This document shows positions 1 through 9,200 of a DNA stretch of 20,000 nucleotides, in pieces. Below the pieces are notes generated by a model. That model searched no databases. It had not been told where the DNA came from and saw only the letters and a list, made by a program, of their open reading frames with translations. Both the position numbers and the translations under genes were made by a program. The stretch lies in assembly GCA_002245135.1 (NCBI GenBank), contig NGBS01000334.1:45249-65248 (forward strand), read 5' to 3'. The stretch comes from Proteromonas lacertae. Taxonomy: Eukaryota. How positions within the stretch are numbered: position 1 is the stretch's first letter; the number at the start of each line of letters is the position of its first letter.

Positions 1-70
1 AAACTTATGTAATAAATAAAAAATAAACACCAATTCAATCAATTCAATCAATTCATAAGATATTAGTTAA

Positions 71-1332
71 TTAACATTCATCATCAGAAATAATGATTAA
101 TTCATGAATTATTTGTTCTTTCTTTTTTTTTTCTTCTTCTTCTTGTTTTCTCCTAATTCTACTAGCTTCTACATCTCTAGTAAAGAAATGTATTCTTTTC
201 TTCTTCATTGTTACACTGATAGGATTATATATACTTTGTTGAACTTTATTATATCTCATTATCATTTTACTAACAATAGAATGTAAAGTATTTGTTTTAT
301 CTTTTGTAATAGTGACTTCACATTCGCCATTAATAATTACATTTTTTAATTTCAAGTTAATTACATGTGGTACTATATCTTCATTCAATTTATAATCAAT
401 ATTATGGATAAATATATTACAAAATGGATTAACTTCTGTATTATATATTCTATCATTGATATCACTTCTGAAATTAAATAAACCTTTATCATCTATATGA
501 AATGTATAATATATTATTTCAAATTTATTATCTTGTAATATTTTGTTGCTATAATTTGAATAAATATTTGATATATAATAATTAATTAATCTTATATTGA
601 AATTTAAACTATAACTATAATCATTATATTTATTTATAATAATATCCATTATATCTACTCCTATATTTGAAATAATTGAAAAATATTTCATCTGAATGCA
701 TTTCCTGACAGATTTGATATACACCAGATATGGATATATTTTATTAAATACTACTTTGCTATATTGAATAGATAAAATGAAATCCTCAATTAAATGCAAT
801 ATTAACATAAATTTATAATAATTAGCTGATATGCATTCTTTTGTTATTTCTGTATATGTTGTATTAATAAATGATAAAGTATTACTCTCCATACTATCTG
901 TAATATATATTAATGTTAAATAATTAACTAATTGTTTAATACAATAATTGCAATCTTCTTTTATTAGCTCAAAATCTAAATCTTTAATAGGATAAAAGTC
1001 ATGATCAACTAAAATTATAAATATATATGTAAATTATACTGTGATTGATATTACCTTCCCAATTTTCTTCTTGTTCTTCTTCTTCTAATACATTTCTTTT
1101 AATATCAACACACTTAGTCCCAATGGGACATTTTGATGGCACATGATCAGGCTATTAAAATTAAAAAATATAGTAACATATACGTTAGGACCTACTCTTA
1201 TAGCTGTAACAGTTTTGGAAGGATGTGTTGACATTTTATCTGAATGATTGTATTTCTATACAATTAAATTATTAAAAATAATACTTTCCCCATGTTGCAT
1301 CTTATACAGCAGGTTGGCTTTGTTCTTGCCAT
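71..1332 (-). CDS. Host hypothetical protein, spliced (at least 4 short introns)
   Basis: ATG at 1332 (MARTKPTCCIRCNMGK). GT-AG introns at 1256-1284, 1152-1183, 1009-1054 and 898-942 splice in frame into ORF 71..892. The C-terminus has a charged helix and ends ELIIISDDEC. No recognisable family. Confidence 0.7.
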
Positions 1333-1474
1333 ACTAGTATAGTAAAAAAATGATATAAAAATAAAAAAACGTCAATTGGGTTAATTTATTTTTGTTATTT
1401 TTTAATAACCCAAATTTTTAAAAACTTTAAATAGCAGTATATAAACAATTTAATAACATAGTAACAATATTTAT

Positions 1475-1750
1475 TTAAATAGTTTGTTTATATCTACCTA
1501 TCTTTGAGTTTATATTTGATTTGCGTTTCAAAATGTCATTAATTTCAATCTGACTTTTTAAATTGTTGATAGTTTCTTCATGAGCAAGACCTCTCTCTAT
1601 AATCTCATTCATATTGACTCTCATATCTGACAGCTCTTGTGAATTAGGTAAGCAATTGTGAGATTTCATATATTTCCACAATGCCATAGCTATAATATAG
1701 AGAATAAAGACTAAGACGCTTAGAAATATGTTAAAATAATCGTTTTCCAT
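1475..1750 (-). CDS. Small orphan protein, N-terminal transmembrane helix plus coiled coil (probably element-encoded)
   Basis: 91-aa intronless ORF; hydrophobic YFNIFLSVLVFILYIIAMALW followed by a heptad-like charged helix. Confidence 0.55.
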   Translation of the reverse strand: MENDYFNIFLSVLVFILYIIAMALWKYMKSHNCLPNSQELSDMRVNMNEIIERGLAHEETINNLKSQIEINDILKRKSNINSKIGRYKQTI

Positions 1751-1834
1751 TCAAAACAGAGTTTTTTAAAAGTAATTGAACAATTTAATTTAAAAAATTG
1801 AACAAAAAAACAAAATAAAACTATAAAAGACATA

Positions 1835-2473
1835 TTAATACATATAACCATTATTCAAACTATCATTGAATAGATTGTTGTAACTCATATAACATTCATC
1901 ACGTGCGATATCATTAATGCTATCAAGAGATAGATTGCTATTACTATTACTTTCTCTATTATTTAGAGAATAAAGCGTATTATAATTACTATTTATTACT
2001 TTTGATGTGTTTTTAATAAGTGTCTCAGATGGGATTATCTTCTTGACTTGTTCATTTAGATTAATTATCTTCTTTAATTGTTGTTGAATATTTTGTTGGT
2101 TTTCTATAATCCTTTTTTGACCCATAGTCCTCTTCTCTTTGTTATTAAAACTTCTAATGAATGATGATGATGAGAATGGAGGTAAATTGTTCTCATCTAT
2201 TGCGAATTCTTTACTTAAGTCTCTAAACCATAAGCCTTTTTTAAGCCTTTCTTCTACATCGCATTGATACTCTGGATCAATGTACTGTAGTATATATCTA
2301 ATTTCGTTGTATGTGAGTTCAGACTTCATACCAGAGATGTAATTATAAAGTTTAGTTCTAGTGGGAGATCTAATTTTACCATCATTTCTGAAACATCGCA
2401 TTATTATATGCTTATCTAAGTTATTCAAACATAGATTAACCTTTTTAGATTGCTTAGAATTTTCTACGCTCAT
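1835..2473 (-). CDS. Orphan protein (~212 aa), probably element-encoded
   Basis: Intronless ORF; likely ATG at 2473 (MSVENSKQ); helical N-half and N/S-rich C-half; divergent from the capsid genes. Confidence 0.55.
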   Translation of the reverse strand: MSVENSKQSKKVNLCLNNLDKHIIMRCFRNDGKIRSPTRTKLYNYISGMKSELTYNEIRYILQYIDPEYQCDVEERLKKGLWFRDLSKEFAIDENNLPPFSSSSFIRSFNNKEKRTMGQKRIIENQQNIQQQLKKIINLNEQVKKIIPSETLIKNTSKVINSNYNTLYSLNNRESNSNSNLSLDSINDIARDECYMSYNNLFNDSLNNGYMY

Positions 2474-2582
2474 TGTATAAACAGAAATTAAAAATATTAA
2501 ATTGTGCAAAAATGCTTATAATATTAATAATGCTTATTATGCTTATTTCTTCAATTTCGGTTACACATTTATATAAAAACAA

Positions 2583-3572
2583 ATGATTCCTTATGAACAT
2601 CGTACTTATTACCTTAATTCTGATATGGTATCTTCTGCTAATCAGTTTTCTACTAAGTATAAAAAAGTTTTGCATTTACCTGCATTCGATGAAGATTATT
2701 CTGACATTTCATTGAAAGACTGTGTTATTCCTAATAGTTTTCCTACTATACAAGAGGATACTAATGACACTTTCAGTATATTCATAGATTTACAAGTTAA
2801 TCCATGTTATGGATCTTATAAATTTGATAGAGATGAATTATATAAAGGAGTTAAAATACCAGAAGGTTTTTATACTCAAGATCAAATACTTAAGATTATT
2901 AACAATGTATTCAAAGATATTACATTAAAAGATTTTATGCCTTATAATGAAGAAGTATTATCAGAGGATGATAAGAATATGCAAATGTTTATAGGTGATG
3001 TATTTGAAATAGATGATAAAGATGATTTTCAAACTAATCACTTACAAATAGTTGGTAAAACAACAGTCTTATATGATCCTGTTAGAAGTAGTGGTAAATA
3101 TAGTTATCCAATATGTTGGATTAAAACTATTAAAATAGTTACTAAGGATTTAGCATATAAATATTTTGGTATATCAAAGAAAGGTTATTTTGATTGTTAT
3201 AATCCAGAAGGTAATATTAAATTTGAACCAGGTATGATTAAAGATAACAAAGAAAGATATATTGAAAGACAATTACCATTAGTTCAATTACCTTTCAGAC
3301 CTACTTTAATATGGGTTACTTCCATTACTATTAGAATGGATATAGTAAATATAGATCAAGATAGTCATGTTTTAGATAGTATTCCTATAACAAATCCTGA
3401 ATCAAGTTTTATCACTTATCAGAATTATGATATTTTTAATACTAGTAAAAAGTTTAATAATACTTATAGTAATGGTCAGATCATTTTGCAGATTACACAG
3501 CAAAATGGTTATGAGTTGAATTTAGATAATATAGAGTTTTGTATGAGTATTGTTGTTTTTAAAAGAACTTAA
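2583..3572 (+). CDS. Minor capsid protein (penton, single jelly-roll), Polinton-type
   Basis: Motifs resemble Polinton mCP: YYLNS...NQFSTKY...ISLKDCVIPNSFPTI, IPEGFYTQDQILKIIN, and C-terminal IILQITQQNGYELNL...MSIVVFK. Lies directly upstream of the MCP. Confidence 0.8.
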   Translation: MIPYEHRTYYLNSDMVSSANQFSTKYKKVLHLPAFDEDYSDISLKDCVIPNSFPTIQEDTNDTFSIFIDLQVNPCYGSYKFDRDELYKGVKIPEGFYTQDQILKIINNVFKDITLKDFMPYNEEVLSEDDKNMQMFIGDVFEIDDKDDFQTNHLQIVGKTTVLYDPVRSSGKYSYPICWIKTIKIVTKDLAYKYFGISKKGYFDCYNPEGNIKFEPGMIKDNKERYIERQLPLVQLPFRPTLIWVTSITIRMDIVNIDQDSHVLDSIPITNPESSFITYQNYDIFNTSKKFNNTYSNGQIILQITQQNGYELNLDNIEFCMSIVVFKRT

Positions 3573-3608
3573 TTAATTTCTTTTTAATCTATTATTTCTT
3601 TGCTTAAT

Positions 3609-4937
3609 ATGTCTTTATCTATTCCTAAAGAACAAAAACATGGTGTAGAGACACCTGTTATGCTTCCTTTTTATCAGTATGTAAAATTAAGTCCAGTTGG
3701 CTCAGCAAGTGATTGGACTATAAATGGGGATACATATACTCAAGAAATAAAGTTTGAATTAAGCGGAGATAACATTATTAACTTGTCTAAGTCTTACATA
3801 CAGTATGATCATGTTATTAGAACTACGCCAATTAAAAAAAGTGTGCAAGCATGGACTGGTGATGCAACTAGTAATATAGATAGTTATCCTAATTGCATAA
3901 AAGGATTAAAAGAAGGTTTTGGTATTGCTTCATTCAGAATATGCAATCAGACAGGTACAGATTTAGTTAGAGTGGATGATAGTTATGAACCATATCGTAT
4001 ATTTATGGATGAAATTGTTCGTAAGAGACCAGATCAGTATTATCAAGCAAATTATTATGATGGTATTAAATTGAAATGGAATGATAAAATTAAAGATAAA
4101 GTTATAGAAGATGAAGCTGAGTTTGCAATACCATGGAATAATAATAATAAAATAAAAAATTCTGACGGTGATCGTTATACATATGATAATGAGCCAGAAT
4201 TTAGATTACATGTTAAAATACCTTTAGGAAGATTTTATAATACATTTGCAGCAATGAAAAGTGATGTATTCTTTGCAGAACGTATGTATATATGTATTAA
4301 ATTCCAAACTATTGATAAATTTGGTCCATTTAAATCTTATGCTAATAAAGCTACTTTTAAAACAGCTGGCGATGCTTTAGATAATGCATGTACTTTTAGA
4401 ACACCAGAAGTTGTTGAGAATAACATAAAAATAGAAAATATGAGATTTTATGCATATTATAATAAAGATAGTCAATGCAATAACAATACTAAAAACTATT
4501 GTTTATCTAAACCAATACAATTCAATGATTTTAGATGTCATCAAGTTTCTTATAGTTCTCCTAATGGAATATTCAATTATAGTTTTACATTGAATAGTTC
4601 TAATGGACCATTTTTAAGATTTATTATTTATAGACCATGGGATGAAGACGATAGTAAATGGTTACGTATACCAGAAAATGCACAATTTAGATGGATGATA
4701 AACGACTTTGTTCATCAACCAGATTATGCTTTAATGCAATATTATGATAGTTATATGATGGTACAAGATTATTTTAAAGATTCTTGGTATGATGTTTTCA
4801 GACAAGATAAAAGTTTCAATGAGAAATTTTTCGAAATTTTAAACTTTGGTTCAAGAGATTTAGATAATATTAAGAATCAAGCAGGTAGACCTTTAGCTGC
4901 TGATTATAAAATCTTCTGTTTGCTTGATACGCTCTAA
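3609..4937 (+). CDS. Major capsid protein (double jelly-roll type), Polinton-like; possibly C-terminally truncated
   Basis: ATG at 3609. IKFELSGDNIINLSKSYIQY resembles the Polinton MCP 'IEF...DLSxSYL' motif; also LHVKIPLG...DVFF...MYICIKF; ~440 aa; adjacent to mCP. Confidence 0.8.
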   Translation: MSLSIPKEQKHGVETPVMLPFYQYVKLSPVGSASDWTINGDTYTQEIKFELSGDNIINLSKSYIQYDHVIRTTPIKKSVQAWTGDATSNIDSYPNCIKGLKEGFGIASFRICNQTGTDLVRVDDSYEPYRIFMDEIVRKRPDQYYQANYYDGIKLKWNDKIKDKVIEDEAEFAIPWNNNNKIKNSDGDRYTYDNEPEFRLHVKIPLGRFYNTFAAMKSDVFFAERMYICIKFQTIDKFGPFKSYANKATFKTAGDALDNACTFRTPEVVENNIKIENMRFYAYYNKDSQCNNNTKNYCLSKPIQFNDFRCHQVSYSSPNGIFNYSFTLNSSNGPFLRFIIYRPWDEDDSKWLRIPENAQFRWMINDFVHQPDYALMQYYDSYMMVQDYFKDSWYDVFRQDKSFNEKFFEILNFGSRDLDNIKNQAGRPLAADYKIFCLLDTL

Positions 4938-6212
4938 AATAAGCATTTCTATCTTGCGCTCTTTCTACTAATTCTAATTCATAATGCTTAAACCTCTGAT
5001 TACTAACATTTGGTACAAAGTTACCATTAGTATCACCTATTTGATAAGAAAATCTAAACTTATTTATAATCATATAAACATCATCACTCCAAGTAGTTAT
5101 TTTATCTAATTGTCTTCTTCTTTCTTTAAATCTAACATAGTCACCTACTTTAAATCGTTGTTTATCTTCTAGTTTAAATTCATTATCTACATTTTTATTT
5201 ATGCTTTCAACTAATACTCTTTTCTGTAGTAATTCAGAATGATATACTTCATTAGGAGTATATCCTTTTAATGCAGGATGAGGTTTATTATTATAATCTT
5301 GTACTACTTTATATACTTCATGATTAAAGTTAGTAAGCCACTGATTCATATATGCACTAGGTGGAAAGCTTTTAGCATGAGTTTGATTTCTATAACGAAA
5401 AGGATCAGGAAAGTCTATTTCAACAAGATGTTTATATAATAATTTTTTAACCATAGATACACTTCTATCTAATACACTCATTATTCTATGTTCTGAAGGA
5501 TTCTTTTGATAAGTATTTATACCTTCTGTATCACAAAATTCTTTTATTTTATTAAAACTATCATCTTGATCACTTAATATACTAATAACTCTTCTTTTAG
5601 CTACTATCTTAGGTTGATAGTTTGGATTTAAAAAGCTTCTTGATCTTCTTTATAATACCAAGAAAAGAAAGCATTTAAACAAGTATTTCCATCTTCTCTT
5701 TTCAAAGGTACTACCCATACTTTTCGAGAGTTAGTTTCAATAAAATACAGATGATGTGTTTCAGGTAAAAAATAAACTATATCCATCTGGAACCAACCAG
5801 GCTTTTTAATACTAACGAAAGGATTATCCTTTTTATACTGAAAGTCTACTATTTGATGACCAGGTTGTCTAGCTAAAAATTCTTTTATAGCATCTATAGG
5901 TGGTGGTACTTCATTATTATCTGCAGGATTCATTACCATTTTAATAAAATCTCTATCGCTTAGATAATGATATTTATTATATAGTTGTTGTAAACGATTT
6001 TGATATTGAGAATATTCAGGATTAGGATATAATTTATAGTCAGTAGTAGGAGGTTCTCTAGGTATACCATCTCTACCATAATTCGTATAATATTGCAATG
6101 ATTCAGGATATTTAGGTTGTTTAGGTAAATGTTGTATATTTTTATCCATTAAGTTACCTACATCATTCATAGTATTAAAAAATGCTTTAGCAGGATCCCA
6201 TCCGAAATACAT
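4870..6212 (-). CDS. Retroviral-like (rve) integrase of Polinton type, one 1-nt frameshift at ~5630
   Basis: Adding one T to the T-run at 5630-5634 joins ORFs 5628..6212 and 4870..5481. Motifs: WFQMD, IETNSRKVWVVPLK, ILSDQDDSF, SVLDRSVSMVKK, YNNKPHPALKGYTPNEV and the C-terminal FKVGDYVR...WSDDVYMI...YELELV domain typical of Polinton integrases. Confidence 0.9.
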
Positions 6213-6284
6213 TATTTTTTATTTTATTTTATAATATAAGAAAACAAAAGAAATAATAATAATATAAAAAGAAATATAAAAGTT

Positions 6285-9200
6285 TCAAACATTAGTAGTG
6301 TTATTAATAATAGGTGGATAATAATCATTAAAAGGAATACTATGATAAACATCTAAATAATACCTTTTAGAATCAAATATGCTGAAAGCCAACTTAATTT
6401 GTTCCATAGTATATAAAGTTTGGTTAACACTTCTGAAACTATATTGTTTGATTTTATCAAATCTGTAAGACTTTTCATCTTCAGCATCTGTTAATATTTT
6501 TCTATAAAAGTCAAAATCACAAGTTTTAATTCTATATCCAGTTGTAACACCTTTAGCTCTACTATCATGTGTAACAGAATGTATATCATCGTCTACTCTT
6601 ACTTTTTCATAGGCATACATTTTAGGTTTTAATCCTGCAAATCTAGTAATAGAGTATAAACCATTCTTAGTTTCTTCTATTTTTAATAAGTTAAGTTCTG
6701 AACTTTGATTAACATTTGAATAGTGTATACCTCTAGTTATTAAGTATTGTTTATTAAGATTACCAGTATCAACTTTCTTTTCAAAATGTGGATCGTTCAT
6801 AATATCCATATAGAAATCTCTAGTTTTAACCATAAATATGAAACTATCAGTATCACTCATCAATAATCTTAAACTACTCCCATATTTCCTATATAAATGT
6901 CCATACCAGAACTGAGCCATTAACCTTTTAGATTCACATAATATACTCATACCTATATAAGATGGTTTATCAATAGTGCATTTATATTTTTGAAATTTGC
7001 ATATACGTAAGTTACTATTATCTATAGCAATAAAACTTCTATAAAATGGATTGTAAGTACACTGCAAAAAGTCTTCTTCATTATTAACTAATTTGGAAGT
7101 ACACCTATTCTCAGTATTTTCACATGTCTTTCCATAAGCACTATTTAGAATAAGCTTAAAAGTATCAGCATCAGCATCCCTTCCTTCTAATTTAGCTTGT
7201 CTTCTTAAGTTATGATTCATCATTACAAAGTTATGTGCATAATTAGACTCTTTAAATCTGATAATTCTATGAATATGATGTATAACATAACCCATTTCAC
7301 ATGCAAATTTCAAATATTGATAGTGAACAACATAGTTGTATTTTGTTGTTAAATCACATACTATTTTAGGAACATTTGACTTTAACTTTTTAATTTTATA
7401 TGGTTTTATCAATATTATTTTTAACTTCTGAAACTAATCCTAAAGACTCTGCCCATTTCTTTTGTATTTCAGATAAATTATCATAGTCAACTATTTTTCT
7501 TTCAGGTAACAAAGGATATTCAGCAAATTTTTTTCTTTCATCACTATTACTAGGAGGAGAAATATCTACTTCCAGAATATATCCATACATATTTTTATTA
7601 ATCCATTCTGTATTATAATATTTTTCTCTTTGTTCTTCATAGTAATGTAATGATAATATTTTCTTTACATTTTCAGTAGTTGGTTCAATCCATTCAAATC
7701 ACTATATGGTAACTTCATACTAGCCATAGTACTTGGATATAAAGAATTATAATCCATATACATAATATATGTTTGATTATCTGGATCCTGTACTTCCTTT
7801 TTATTTTTCTCTTGCCATTGAGGTTGATAATGATTCCAAGACTCTGCATATCTCATACTACCAACCATAGAAATCCCACCTATTAATCCAGAATGTATAA
7901 AGTCATAAATATCAGAGTCACTTATTAAATCAATTTTTACATCACAATTTTTAAGGAATATACTCCAAGATAAACCAGGTGAACTACAATGCCATAATGG
8001 ATCTAAAGTAAAATTATTCCATATAACATCTCTAAAATGTTCAAATACACATGTTAATGTAAGAACATCTAATCTGAGATAAAATAAATTGTAGTCCATT
8101 AAGTTATCACATCTAATAACTTTCCATAAAGCCTGACAACTAGCATATTCAACATCTGTTACTGTATTATCATCTTTTAACTTCGAATAGAATGCTTCTT
8201 TAGGGAGGTAGTTCAAAAGTATTGAAATATTTAGATAATGAGTCCACATATTCATATGGAAAATATCCTTTAGATAAACACCATTTATGGATAAAAGCAT
8301 CAATATTCATATCATGATCCAATTTACCAGGAGCAGAATATTTTTTATAAATATCTTCATATACATAACTGAAATATTTTTGATAATTTCCATTATCTCT
8401 TTTTGCTTGAGTATATAATGACTTTGTTAAAGAATCTAAAGAACTTGGTAAGAATTGATAAGAGTCCATAAAGTATAATTTGTTGAACTTTATTAATAAA
8501 AATTTATTATCTGTTTTGGGTAATACTGATAACTGTGATTTATATTGTTTTTTGTTTTTATATTTTCTTATTTTACCATCTTTACATTTAATAATTCTAT
8601 AAGCAGATTGTTCATCTATTTCATCTATAACATCTTCTGCATTTCTAGGACTATCCTTCTTAACATTTCTTCTAATTCTAACAATGCATTAACTTCTTCA
8701 TTATTAATTTGGATTACTTCACTTTCAGCTTCTTGAGTTTCCATATCACTTAAAGAATCATGTAATGGACTCATACTGAAATTATTATTATCATCTTTTT
8801 CTTCTTGTTTTTCTTTTCTTAAATTTTTCACATAATCTTTTATTTTATTTGCTGTTATAAAGCCATTAGTATAAGGAGGTAATGGAGTAAATGTATCACT
8901 ATCTTGATGTGGAACAGGAATAGAATTAGTATTATCTTCTTCTTCAGTATCACTATCAGATTCAGTATCTGAAGCATAATTTACATTAGGATCAATATTA
9001 TTTTCTTTACAAAATTCATCTCTTAACTTATTATCCCATCTGGACAATCCTCTAATAATGAAATTATTGTCATAATTTTTGGAATGATGAGCAATACAAG
9101 GGATTGGCATATTATTTAAACATACATGGAAGTTGCAATTATTACATATTCTACCTATATATTGTCCACTAAAGTGGTCGTGGTGTAAAACAGGTTTCTT

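Noticed and set aside
1376..1430. Left TIR of the Polinton (TTGGGTTA/TAACCCAA hairpin; CCAAATTTTTAAAAA resembling the reverse complement of ~12900-12915)
   Set aside because: The match is only ~15 nt of AT-rich sequence, and the distinctive GC-rich motifs of the right end are absent.
8545..9040. Intein or spliceosomal intron in pPolB
   Set aside because: No intein terminal residues or HINT blocks are visible; the segment is open, protein-like and far longer than this genome's ~30-45-nt introns.
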